Shown piece after piece: positions 21,511 through 31,444 of a DNA stretch of 64,000 bases. How positions within the stretch are numbered: the first letter of the stretch is position 1; each line of letters opens with the position of its first letter. The stretch comes from Promethearchaeota archaeon (GTDB lineage Archaea > Asgardarchaeota > Lokiarchaeia > Sigyniarchaeales > SOKP01), in assembly GCA_019058245.1 (NCBI GenBank), contig JAHPZJ010000028.1:32001-96000 (forward strand), given 5' to 3'. The notes under the pieces are model-generated. The model was not told where the DNA came from and searched no databases. It worked only from the letters and a program-made list of their open reading frames with translations. The translations under genes were made by a program, and so were the position numbers.

Positions 21511-22884
21511 TCATAAATACTTTTGTAGGTTTAGAATTTTTTTTTCTAATTTTTTAATTCGAGATTCATTTCCATTGAAATCTTGGACATCTCTAAGAAT
21601 TTTTAATCCTTGTTTGTAGTAATTAATGGCATTGATATAATCTTTCTTTTTTTCAGCTTTTTCAGCAGTAATCAAAGCATATTCAAGATCCATCTCTTTA
21701 ATCTTTTTATCAAGTTCTAACACTGAAAAAGAAATACTCCCAATTTCATCTTTAAAATCAAAACCAGTTGCTAAATATAAAGCTTTCTCATATTCTCGTA
21801 GAGCTTCTTTGTATATTAAAGATTTTTCAGCAGTTTGAGCTTTCTTAATATAGGTATGGATAGCCTTTCTAACTTCTTCTTCACTCATAGATTCTGCTTT
21901 TTTTTTCAGTTCATTAATAGCATCATCATTAGCAATAATTGGAGAAATAAGCTCATTGCTGGCTAATCTTGTTGCATTTGATTCATGAAATTTTAGGACC
22001 TTATCTTCAGCAATCTCTATTGTTGTTGGATATATAAAATTTTGTTCTAGAAGTCGATATATTTCATAAAGAATAACTTTAGCTTCAATGTTTACAATTT
22101 TTTGAACTTCATCAATTAAATTTATGATAAAAAAGAAGCGTTTTGAAGCTAATAATTTTTTAGCAAAATCTATTATTGCCTTTTGTATAGTATTTTTTTT
22201 GATTGTTTCTAATGTATCTGGTAGAAATGTATGGGTTAGAGTCATAGGAAAAACCAATTTAATATTAAAAGTATCAGCTATGAAATCAATCGTATCTCCG
22301 AAATCAAGCTTCTTTGTATTAATAAATAGTTCTAATCTATCTAAATATCTTGATTCATATTCATTTAAAAACTCAATAACAAGATTTTTCAAGCTATCAG
22401 AAGCTTCATGATCCAAAACTAAACAAATCCTAATATATTCTCTATTTTTTAGTAGAATATTGAATGTCTCATATTGAAATTCATAAAAAGGATATTTTTT
22501 TCCACTATTGGAATGATTATTAGTTGTGGTACCTGATTCAGAAAAAGTAATATTTGCTTGTATAAATCCTAAGAGTAATTCAATATTTATTCCTGCACCT
22601 GAAAGTGGATAATCTATTATTGGTAGTCCCGAATCTCTTGCCATTAATATAATGTGTTTAATGTTTAGAACATTTAGAAATTTTTGCCAGATATAATCTT
22701 GAAATACCTTGATACGGTTTTCTTCGGAATCAATTATAGTAATCTTTAAATTTTGATCTAAGTATAAACCAATTTTATGAAGTTGTTCTTTTACACACTC
22801 TTTACAGAAATCTGGATATTTTTCACAATCATTTTTATCTATTCCACAATCAAATCCAACAGGACTAATTTGAAAATATACCAT
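21511..22884 (-). CDS. Cys-motif + longin-like domain + TPR/MIT-like helical repeat protein
   Basis: N-terminal C-x6-C-x6-CxxC; DSGLPII...LLLGFIQA; C-terminal AEKAEKKKDYINAINYYKQGL-type repeats. Confidence 0.7.
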   Translation of the reverse strand: MVYFQISPVGFDCGIDKNDCEKYPDFCKECVKEQLHKIGLYLDQNLKITIIDSEENRIKVFQDYIWQKFLNVLNIKHIILMARDSGLPIIDYPLSGAGINIELLLGFIQANITFSESGTTTNNHSNSGKKYPFYEFQYETFNILLKNREYIRICLVLDHEASDSLKNLVIEFLNEYESRYLDRLELFINTKKLDFGDTIDFIADTFNIKLVFPMTLTHTFLPDTLETIKKNTIQKAIIDFAKKLLASKRFFFIINLIDEVQKIVNIEAKVILYEIYRLLEQNFIYPTTIEIAEDKVLKFHESNATRLASNELISPIIANDDAINELKKKAESMSEEEVRKAIHTYIKKAQTAEKSLIYKEALREYEKALYLATGFDFKDEIGSISFSVLELDKKIKEMDLEYALITAEKAEKKKDYINAINYYKQGLKILRDVQDFNGNESRIKKLEKKILNLQKYL

Positions 22885-23093
22885 TTAAATCAATATTTCA
22901 AAAAAATAGTTCTAATTTAAATTATAGCGTTTAATAACTTTAATTTTAATATATTTTATTTAACTTTTTCAGCAAATAAATATAGTAACAATATAGACTT
23001 TTTATTAATTTTTATAGTTTTTTGATTCTGTATCAATATAACGAAAAATGGAAAATTAAAAAAAAAAGAAAACTATTTAATTAAGATTTCTAA

Positions 23094-24128
23094 TTAAACG
23101 TGATATCTTTGATTAATTACGGTTTGGAATTGAATATTCGAGCGGGGGCGCTCTTGATAACCACCTCGCTTTGAAACCAAGTAAAAATGTGCCATATTTT
23201 TCTCATGTACTAGAGTAATTCCACGCCATTTGTTATTCTTAGAAGTAAATTCTACTACATTTCCAAGTGCGATTCCCTCTCTAGTAGTATATTTGAAACT
23301 TAATCTTGCTAAAATCTTTAGAAGTTCATCATGAAAATCAACGAGCTTCTGCTTAGGGTTATCCTTAAATCTTAATGCTTCAATGGAAAAAGCTTTAAGA
23401 ATATCTTTACTCATTGTTTTCCATACTTTAGGATTTGCATAAAACTCTATACCTATAAATTCTCCATTAATAAACACTGCAATTCCGCATTGATTTTCTA
23501 TATTTTTAAAATGCTTAACAAGGTCTCCAGTCTGTTTTTCAGATTCTTTTGTCATTTCAAGGTAACTTTGAGTTGGAGCAATAGATGGGAGATAATTCAT
23601 TTCGTATCTATGTGATTGAATCTCATTCCATACTGCGCCTTGTCCTGCAGCAGAAATAGCTTCATATGCTACATTAGGGTGGAGCCTAGTACTTGATGAT
23701 TTGAAACCTCGACTTTTATTATAAGTCCATCTTGATTGTTCCACGCATTTAGCAGGGATTGTATATTTTTGTTTATCAATTCCAGGATTTTTGCTGACTA
23801 AATTTTGTTTTCCTCCTTTATGTAATAAAATTGGCTCCCATATGGTTCTATCTTGTTTTCCACCATGAACTGTCATTCCAAATGGAATTAGTATTTGTGT
23901 ATCACTTTTATTTATAACTTCCAAATGACCAACAGATTCTGTTTCAATAATCTCGATTAGGTCAAGTTCTTCTGCTTCTTTAATACTAATGAATTCTATA
24001 AATTTGTCATCTTGAACAATGATGGGGATAATAGTCATATTTTTATAAACTTGAGGAGTATCTAATTTAAGATAACTTAAAGGGTTTTCAAATATGGTTT
24101 TTACAATTTCTATACTTTCATTTTTCAA
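23094..24128 (-). CDS. ARPP-1 (DUF6569)-like domain protein
   Basis: LEVINKSD..ILIP.G..V.GGKQDRTI, IPAKCVEQSRW, QGAVW, QCGIAVFINGE pattern. Confidence 0.7.
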   Translation of the reverse strand: MKNESIEIVKTIFENPLSYLKLDTPQVYKNMTIIPIIVQDDKFIEFISIKEAEELDLIEIIETESVGHLEVINKSDTQILIPFGMTVHGGKQDRTIWEPILLHKGGKQNLVSKNPGIDKQKYTIPAKCVEQSRWTYNKSRGFKSSSTRLHPNVAYEAISAAGQGAVWNEIQSHRYEMNYLPSIAPTQSYLEMTKESEKQTGDLVKHFKNIENQCGIAVFINGEFIGIEFYANPKVWKTMSKDILKAFSIEALRFKDNPKQKLVDFHDELLKILARLSFKYTTREGIALGNVVEFTSKNNKWRGITLVHEKNMAHFYLVSKRGGYQERPRSNIQFQTVINQRYHV

Positions 24129-24523
24129 ACATAATCATCCTCCTTTTTATTATTTTTGTTTTTTTCCTCTTCATAGAGAGGATTTATAAATTTATTAACA
24201 ATATTTTTCCCATTTTTGGTAAGTTCTACTCCATAAGAGACTTTGAGTTTTCCATCTTTAGCCACTCCATTAATTCTAGTTCCTTTTTCTTGTGGAATTT
24301 CTGTTTTTGACATTTCTTCTGTGTGAGTTTGTATCAATCCTTCTCTTTTAAGAGCATTTAGATGATAATTTAAGCTCTGTTTTTTCATGCCGAAATCATC
24401 TGCTATCTTTTTAGGTCTTTGAGGATTTTCTGATAGTTCTTTTAGGATATCTGCTCTTATAGGATTTCTAAATACAAGCCCCACTTTATCAAAAATGGGT
24501 TTCTTTTTTTTTTTGTTTTTCAT
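24125..24523 (-). CDS. ArsR-family winged-helix transcriptional regulator
   Basis: NPIRADILKEL...IADDFGMKKQSLNYHLNALKREGLI; 4-nt overlap with the downstream gene. Confidence 0.85.
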   Translation of the reverse strand: MKNKKKKKPIFDKVGLVFRNPIRADILKELSENPQRPKKIADDFGMKKQSLNYHLNALKREGLIQTHTEEMSKTEIPQEKGTRINGVAKDGKLKVSYGVELTKNGKNIVNKFINPLYEEEKNKNNKKEDDYV

Positions 24524-24543
24524 AATAAATCACCAAAGAAATA

Positions 24544-24573
24544 TTTACGGTAAAAAATAATTTTTACTGTAAA
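24544..24573. promoter_or_regulatory. Inverted-repeat operator upstream of arsR-ARPP-1
   Basis: TTTACGGTAAAAA-ataa-TTTTTACTGTAAA (13-bp arms, 1 mismatch) between a minus-strand TTTAAATA box (about 24593-24600) and the SD. Confidence 0.7.
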
Positions 24574-24706
24574 AAAAAAAGATGACATTAGTATTTAAAT
24601 CTTTGTTTCTTTTTTATTGAAGATTCAAATTCCGTATCAATAAAAAGATCTTGAAATGAAATAATACAGAAATCCTATTATGAAATAATAAAGAGAAAAA
24701 TGAATT

Positions 24707-25087
24707 TTATATTAAGATGAAATAAAATATTCCCAGTATAATTACAATTAACATAACTACGTATAATACTCTACTAGCCCATATATGTACAAATCGTATT
24801 CTGCTGTCCTTTGTTTTAACTGCAACATAACCACCAATAAGGTCACCAATTAAAATGATAACAACAATTAGTCCTATAATTCCATGGGCGATATGTAAAA
24901 TTAATCCACTTAATATAAGAAGTCCAATCAAAATTAACTCTACGCCTGTAGCCGCAAAACAAAAATGTAAGATTCTCCAATTTTTTGGTTTATGAAATGC
25001 CACAAATAACATTGCTACGGAAATATGAATAAATCCTATTAACATAATAATAAAGTGGGGAACTTGAAGAAGATCTACTAACGCCAT
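24707..25087 (-). CDS. Small 4-TM membrane protein with His residues in or near the helices (cytochrome b561-like?)
   Basis: Four hydrophobic helices each carrying a His (PHF, LHF, AHG, VHI). Confidence 0.6.
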   Translation of the reverse strand: MALVDLLQVPHFIIMLIGFIHISVAMLFVAFHKPKNWRILHFCFAATGVELILIGLLILSGLILHIAHGIIGLIVVIILIGDLIGGYVAVKTKDSRIRFVHIWASRVLYVVMLIVIILGIFYFILI

Positions 25088-25559
25088 TTCATTTTTTCAC
25101 TTCTCTAATTTTATTATTAACCATCAGTAAATAAAACATTACTAAAACGCGATAATTAGAATATAGGATTGTATTATGGAATAATATATAATATTTTTCC
25201 TTTCGAATTAAAAATTAAGATTGAATCATAAGCATAAGATATGAGGGCGCTATAAAAAGTAATCTAATTCTTATAGGATTTTAATAGGATGAAATACCTA
25301 TTTCATTGCATTTAATTCTACTTTTAGATTTTTATTTAAATTGAGTAAAATTGAAGTAAGATTTCTTTTGTGTTTAGAGTAATACTGCCTCAAGATTAAA
25401 ACACGATGAAAAAAATAATGGAATAAATATTAACAGTATATTATTAGTGGGGTAGCATTTTTGAGAAATAGAATTTGATTTTTGCTAATTTTTTCAATGA
25501 TCTTCAACCTTATAATAAATTATTAATTTAATAACTAAAAATAAAAAAATGTTTACAAA

Positions 25560-26387
25560 ATGTCAATAGTAGGAATAAATCAAGAAAAGTGTTCAAAATG
25601 TAAACTGTGCTTGCAAGAATGTAGACGCAGTCCTTTTTATGTTATGGAAAATGGAGATATTGGATTTAATGAGAAGGTACTACCATGTATTATGTGTGGA
25701 CATTGTATAGCAATTTGTCCTGAAAATGCTATTCTAACTAAAGATATGGATGATATTGATACCTTCGCTGGAATTGATTCGCCTGAAACACTAATAGACT
25801 ATGATGACCTTTTTAAATTATTACGGGTAAAACGTTCAATTAGGCGTTATAAGAACAAAAAAGTTCCGAAAGAAATAATAAATAAAGTTTTTGAAGCAAT
25901 GAGATATGCCCCTAGTGGAGCCAATAATCGAACGTGGCGCTATCTCATTATTTCTGACCAAGAAAAATTAAGTAAGTTAAGTACTGAAGTAATAAAAACC
26001 AATTACTTATATATGGGATTTGAATCTGGTGAAAAAGCGATAGAATATTATCAATCTATAAAGAGAGATCCTATTTTTTTCGGAGCACCACATTTAATAG
26101 TTCTTTATTACGAAACAGTTCAAAAAAGCATGACTTTACTTGGTTTAAGAGCAAATGACGTAGGAATAGCTTTAACTTATGGTATGTTAGCGGCTGAAAC
26201 TCTCGGATTAGGAACCTGTTGGATGGGAGGTCTTCAAGGGTCAATTGCAGCAAATCGAGGAATTCTAGATATTTTAGAAATAAAAGGTCATGTGCTTGGA
26301 GCATTCATCTTAGGCCTTCCTGCTGTAAAGTATCGTAGAACAACTCCACGATCACCACTTAAGATAAAAGGATTAGATGAACTTTAA
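25560..26387 (+). CDS. Nitroreductase family protein with ferredoxin domain
   Basis: Two Cys clusters, KRSIRRY, APSGAN, LAAETLGLGTCW; paralog of 6013..6894. Confidence 0.9.
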   Translation: MSIVGINQEKCSKCKLCLQECRRSPFYVMENGDIGFNEKVLPCIMCGHCIAICPENAILTKDMDDIDTFAGIDSPETLIDYDDLFKLLRVKRSIRRYKNKKVPKEIINKVFEAMRYAPSGANNRTWRYLIISDQEKLSKLSTEVIKTNYLYMGFESGEKAIEYYQSIKRDPIFFGAPHLIVLYYETVQKSMTLLGLRANDVGIALTYGMLAAETLGLGTCWMGGLQGSIAANRGILDILEIKGHVLGAFILGLPAVKYRRTTPRSPLKIKGLDEL

Positions 26388-26456
26388 TTTAAAAATGAAT
26401 TAGAAGAATTCTATTAAAATCTATAAAATTCAAATAAAATTTTTATTATTTTAAAC

Positions 26457-27878
26457 TCAAATTTCAATTGGATTATAATTTTCTGTTAATTCTTTACCAC
26501 GTTCAATATAAAAGAATTTGGCATGTTTTGGGTTAAGTTTTTGCTTTAATATCTCAAGAGCTTTTAATCCTTTCGGAAATTCATCACAAATAAAGAAATC
26601 TACACTAGCATATCCATGTTCTGGCCAAGTATGAAGAGCAGCATGGCTAGTTTCTAATATTGCTACCACACTATAACCAAATGGATGGTAAATATGATTA
26701 TAGATATCGATAATAGTCAATTCTGCAGAATTGAGTGATTCTAAAAATGCTTGAAATATGAATTTATTATCCATAAGTAGATCTTTAGATTTAAATCGCA
26801 TTTCTCCCGTGAAATGATATCCAATGGGGCGAAAAGTTAAATCTCTTCCATTTTTAAGTTCAGAAGTGTAGAGAGGTTGTGATTCGTATTTATAACTTAA
26901 TTGTGTATTTGTAGCCATTACTGATTGTAAATAATAAAGATGGCTAAATTGCCCTATAATACTGGCACCTTTGTAGTGGTTAAAATTAGGAAGCATCTCT
27001 TTAAGAATAAATCCATGATCTAATATTGATAATTGTAAATTTAAAGTATCATTAGGAGGTTTATTTCCAAAACATAGAAAACATTTCTTTCCAATGATAG
27101 GGTATAATGTTCCATTAATATTAATGTATGATTTAAGTACTTCTCTAGCTCTCTTTAAGAATAAACGTAATCCCTCATTTGTATAAGGAGGATCCATTAT
27201 AACAACATCATAATTATTTTGAATATCTTTAGGACTTGGATTCTTTAAATCGTGGTGAACAACATTAAAATTTTTTAATGATTTATGTAAAATAACATTG
27301 GAAAGAAAATCTAAAATTCGCTCATCGACGTCTAAAACAGTGATCTCTTTTGCTAATCCGGTTAAAGCAACTGCAATCGAAGTGGCGTCATCATCACCAA
27401 GAAAAATTATTTTTCTTCCTTCAATTTCACCTTTTTTAATTAAATAAAAAGTTCGTTTTAAAACCGTCATTAAATTTGCATGCGATTGATCAAGAGCATA
27501 TTCTGCTTTTGGTCGTTTCTTTAGATGCGTTTCTATCTGCTTTAGATACAAAAATTCATCTGGTATTTCATCTAAATCAAAATTAATTTGATTAGGAAAA
27601 GGATCATAATCAAATGTTAAATTTAAATTCTTCATTACCCATTTTTTTCCTTTCTCCCCGAGAAAAGTTTTATCAGCAATTAAACCAGCCTTTACTAACT
27701 CCCCTCTAACAGCCGCAAGAGTAGGAATTGCAATTCCAGTTTTTTGAGACACTTTTTTATTTTTAAGAGTAGGAAAACGATACATAGTTAAAAGTATTGA
27801 TCTAATTCCTTCGATACCCTCATCTAAATGTGCTTTATTAGCTATATTTATAAGTAGTTCTTCCGTTTCAGAATTCAT
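26457..27878 (-). CDS. Fusion of a BpsA/DUF43-like aminopropyltransferase with a C-terminal pyruvoyl AdoMet decarboxylase (SpeD/SpeH) domain
   Basis: N-terminal HTH; RP...LDQ, FLGDDDATS, LDVDERIL, HDL..P, DPPYT; C-terminal GYH...GYSVVAILETSHAALHTWPEHGYASVDFFIC. Confidence 0.85.
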   Translation of the reverse strand: MNSETEELLINIANKAHLDEGIEGIRSILLTMYRFPTLKNKKVSQKTGIAIPTLAAVRGELVKAGLIADKTFLGEKGKKWVMKNLNLTFDYDPFPNQINFDLDEIPDEFLYLKQIETHLKKRPKAEYALDQSHANLMTVLKRTFYLIKKGEIEGRKIIFLGDDDATSIAVALTGLAKEITVLDVDERILDFLSNVILHKSLKNFNVVHHDLKNPSPKDIQNNYDVVIMDPPYTNEGLRLFLKRAREVLKSYININGTLYPIIGKKCFLCFGNKPPNDTLNLQLSILDHGFILKEMLPNFNHYKGASIIGQFSHLYYLQSVMATNTQLSYKYESQPLYTSELKNGRDLTFRPIGYHFTGEMRFKSKDLLMDNKFIFQAFLESLNSAELTIIDIYNHIYHPFGYSVVAILETSHAALHTWPEHGYASVDFFICDEFPKGLKALEILKQKLNPKHAKFFYIERGKELTENYNPIEI

Positions 27879-28140
27879 GATCTTATCGCTTGGGTATTCA
27901 AAAACGCATTTTTTGATTAACTCTAATAAAATTTAGAACATAATCGTTAATAATATTTTCTTTTCCATATTAAAGCAAATCATCCATATTAGTAATATGT
28001 TTTATAGCTTGATACTGAAAAAATCAAAAAAAGCAAATTGATAAAATAAGAATAATAGGCATTTTAATTGCTAGATCAAGTTTATAAATTGTATGATCTA
28101 GACTATCATAGAATTAGTTTCAATTTAAAAACAGCCGTTA

Positions 28141-28977
28141 ATGATGAAAGAATTAAACGATATCGGGCATTATAAGATTATCGAATTCCCAAAAGTGAGA
28201 ATCCCCACTCTAGACTTCCTATCATTAGGAGCAAAAAAACATTATGTCAAAGGCTTAATTGAATTTGATGTAACAGAAGGTAGGAAAAAAATTCGGGAGC
28301 ATGAGAAGAATACTGGACAAAAAATTTCATTTACTTCCTGGCTTCTTAAATGTATTGGACAAGCTGCTAGTGAATATAAAGAAGTTCATTCTATGATGAT
28401 GGGAAAGAATAAGATCATCCAATTTGAGGATGTTGATATTTCGGTTGCTGTTGAGAAAATAGTTGGAGGAATAAGGACCCCTATTCCAATTGTTATTAGA
28501 AAAACTAATAAAAAAACAATTAAACAAATTAATGAGGAAATCAGAAAGGCTCAAGCCGAAGAAACTAGTGAACCAACATTGCTAGGAAACCATAATATGA
28601 AAAAAAAATTAAAAACATATGTGGCTTTACCGAAATTTATTAGAAAATTAATTTTAAAGAGTAAATTTAGAGATCCAAGAAAAATAAAGCAAATTATGGG
28701 AACTATAATAGTTACTTCAGTAGGTATGTTTGGAAAACTTTATGGATGGCCAATACCCACAACTACTCATCCTTTAGCTTTTGGTGTTGGGGCAATAACC
28801 AAAAAACCGGGAGTTATTGAGGATAAAATCGAAATTAGAGAATTTTTAGCAATTACAGTTTTATTTAATCATGATGTGGTAGATGGGGCACCTGCTACTC
28901 GATTTATATCACGACTGGGTGAATTATTAGAAAGTGGATTTGGATTACTTAATTTAGAATCGTTTATTTTCTTTTAA
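28141..28977 (+). CDS. Stand-alone 2-oxoacid dehydrogenase E2-type acyltransferase catalytic domain
   Basis: GTIIVTSVG, FNHDVVDGAPATRF (HxxxDG); no lipoyl domain. Confidence 0.85.
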   Translation: MMKELNDIGHYKIIEFPKVRIPTLDFLSLGAKKHYVKGLIEFDVTEGRKKIREHEKNTGQKISFTSWLLKCIGQAASEYKEVHSMMMGKNKIIQFEDVDISVAVEKIVGGIRTPIPIVIRKTNKKTIKQINEEIRKAQAEETSEPTLLGNHNMKKKLKTYVALPKFIRKLILKSKFRDPRKIKQIMGTIIVTSVGMFGKLYGWPIPTTTHPLAFGVGAITKKPGVIEDKIEIREFLAITVLFNHDVVDGAPATRFISRLGELLESGFGLLNLESFIFF

Positions 28978-29073
28978 TCTCATAACAAAAATAAATAATT
29001 TTTATAAGATTTAAAATATGATTAGATTTTATATTCACGTACTAATTCTCTTTTAAATTAATCTTCAGTGTCT

Positions 29074-29604
29074 CTAAGATCTTTTATGGATGTGTGAAAC
29101 TAATTTCAAAAAAAAATCTTTCACACCATTACCTATTTTTGCACTAGCTTCAATATATGCACAGGCCCCAATCATCTTTTTAACATTCTCTGCTTCTTGT
29201 TTTTCAATTATTCTGTTTTTAGAATTTATTAAATCAAGTTTATTTCCAACAAGTACACTTGAGAAATTTCCAAGAACCTTTTCAATTTCTTTTTTCCATT
29301 TTAAAATATGTTCGAATGTTTCCCTCCTTGTTAAGTCAAAAACATATACAATACCCTTTGCTCCTTTATAAAATTCATGTCGTACCCACTTATAGCGTTC
29401 TTGTCCAGCTAAGTCCCATATTTGCAAGGTAAAGGTATCTTTAATATCACGAATTTTAATGTATTTTGCAAAAAAATTAGAACCAATTGTTGAACCGACA
29501 TTTGGGGTAAATCTCCTTTCCAAATACTGGTGAAGTAAAGTAGTTTTGCCTACACTAAAGTCTCCGCATATACATATTTTATAGAAAGGAATTTCTGTAG
29601 TCAA
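29074..29604 (-). CDS. Rab/Ras-like small GTPase
   Basis: G1 GDFSVGKT, G2 TIG, G3 WDLAGQE, G4 GNKLD, G5 EASAK; no C-terminal Cys. Confidence 0.93.
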   Translation of the reverse strand: MTTEIPFYKICICGDFSVGKTTLLHQYLERRFTPNVGSTIGSNFFAKYIKIRDIKDTFTLQIWDLAGQERYKWVRHEFYKGAKGIVYVFDLTRRETFEHILKWKKEIEKVLGNFSSVLVGNKLDLINSKNRIIEKQEAENVKKMIGACAYIEASAKIGNGVKDFFLKLVSHIHKRS

Positions 29605-29806
29605 CCTGAAATAAATTAAAAATTATAAATAAACTAGCAGCATTCAAATTTAATAGTTTTATGATTATTTAAAAAACTTTAAATAATTTTAAAGAAAGCT
29701 AGATTAATTCAATAAGAAAGAATATGCGAATAAAATAAATTTCCATTATAATCAGACTTATAGTGAGGAGATAATTATTCTTAATAAAAATCTAATGTGA
29801 ATAAAA

Positions 29807-30487
29807 TTGAAGCAATCATTTAAAATCTATATTGTTTTTGATAATAAATGCCACAAACCAGGATTTTTACCTGGTTTTGGATTTTCAGTGCTAATATATA
29901 ATTATTTCACAGAAAATTTTTCCTTATTTGATACAGGCGGAAGCGGAGATATTTTAATCCATAATATTAAAAAATTCAATGTTGATATTTCAGCTATAAA
30001 CAACATAATTATTTCCCACGCCCATTTAGATCATGCAGGTGGTTTAGCAAATATATTACATATTAATCCGAATATCAAGGTTTATGTCCCAAATGATGAG
30101 GAAAAAGGGTTTTCAGATGCATTTCCAAATAATCAAATCTATGGGTGTTCAGATATGACCGAAATTGAAAAAAATCTCTTTATTTCAGGACAAATCACAG
30201 GAAGTTTTATCCCAGAGCAATCAGTTTTTCTAAAAACTGAGGATAATGAATTTGTTGTATTAGTTGGTTGTGCACATCCTGGTCTAGAAAAATTCATCAT
30301 AAAAGCTCGGAATATTTCCAGAATTAGAGCAATAATAGGGGGATTTCATGGCTTTAAAGATTTTTCTTATTTAAAAGATATTGATTTTATAGGGGCTTGC
30401 CATTGTACACAGTATTACAATTCTATAAAAGAGACATATCCGAATCAATTTAAACGTATCTGTGTTGGAGATAATTATAGTTTTTAA
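29807..30487 (+). CDS. MBL-fold metallo-hydrolase
   Basis: LFDTG, SHAHLDHAGG, GCAHPG, GGFH, CHCT. Confidence 0.88.
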   Translation: MKQSFKIYIVFDNKCHKPGFLPGFGFSVLIYNYFTENFSLFDTGGSGDILIHNIKKFNVDISAINNIIISHAHLDHAGGLANILHINPNIKVYVPNDEEKGFSDAFPNNQIYGCSDMTEIEKNLFISGQITGSFIPEQSVFLKTEDNEFVVLVGCAHPGLEKFIIKARNISRIRAIIGGFHGFKDFSYLKDIDFIGACHCTQYYNSIKETYPNQFKRICVGDNYSF

Positions 30488-30830
30488 AGGAGATAATTTA
30501 AATTAAAAATTATTCTTCTAATTTTTAAAAAGAATTTAGGAATAAAATCATCCATAAATATTTTAAATTTATAATAAAGATCAATTTTATGTGTCATTTT
30601 CATATGATTAAGGAATTTATTTTAAGATAGGTGTTTATATAGATGGATGAATGAAATATAGAAGGAAAAGGTTTTTATAGTTATTAATCTTGGGGTTTTA
30701 AATTATCTTCTTTCTTAGTTTTATTATAATTAGCTTATTTTTTAGAGTATTTTTAAGTAAATTAGATGTGACTAGAAAGTTTAAATATTATGAAAATGAT
30801 ATATTAATAAAGAAAAGAAGGTGAATAAAA

Positions 30831-31391
30831 ATAGAATTATTCCCTACTTTATTAATAGGATGGTTAAATGGTTGGATTTTTCAAGCGATATTCTTTATTT
30901 TATTTGGAATTTTTTTATTAACTTGTTCAAAAGACGTAATTTCACGCTTATATGATGAAGAAGGATGGACCAAATCGCAAAGGATATTAACAGCAATCGC
31001 GAAAATATGTGGTTTAGTTGTTCTTATATTATTTATTTTTACTCCTTTGAAAGTTGGTTCTATAGAGTTTATTATTGGAATTATTCTAATAGTTATTGGA
31101 ATAGTAGGATTTCTTGTTGCGCTAAATACTTTCAAAAATTCACCATTTAATAAACCAATTACTAGTGGATTATATAAAATATCCCGGAATCCCCAATTGG
31201 TAATGATGTATATTGTATCAATAGGAAATTGTTTAGCAATTGGTTCTTGGACTGCTTTAATTATTTTTGTTTTATCAATTATAGCAGGGCACTTCCGTAT
31301 TCTAGGAGAAGAAGAAAGACTTACAGAGCAATACGGTGAATCATATCTAGAATATAAGAAAAAAATTCCTCGATATTTTATATTTTTCTAA
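30831..31391 (+). CDS. ICMT/PEMT-family membrane methyltransferase (paralog 1), probable ATA start
   Basis: ITSGLYKISRNPQ, EEERL...YGESYLEY; frame is open for 72 hydrophobic codons upstream of the called TTG, back to an ATA 6 nt after GGTGA. Confidence 0.8.
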   Translation: MELFPTLLIGWLNGWIFQAIFFILFGIFLLTCSKDVISRLYDEEGWTKSQRILTAIAKICGLVVLILFIFTPLKVGSIEFIIGIILIVIGIVGFLVALNTFKNSPFNKPITSGLYKISRNPQLVMMYIVSIGNCLAIGSWTALIIFVLSIIAGHFRILGEEERLTEQYGESYLEYKKKIPRYFIFF

Positions 31392-31444
31392 ATAATACAG
31401 AAAATAGGTTAAATAGATAATGAAATTATAATTGGTGAAAAAAA

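Noticed and set aside
25289-25306. Palindrome ATGAAATA-cc-TATTTCAT in an intergenic region
   Set aside because: AT-only arms, far from either start, and no adjacent regulator
29600-29640. Minus-strand T-rich tract ending TTTCAG|G before the Rab gene, resembling a spliceosomal 3' splice site
   Set aside because: Expected by chance in AT-rich DNA; the GTPase domain is complete from the TTG and no upstream exon is evident
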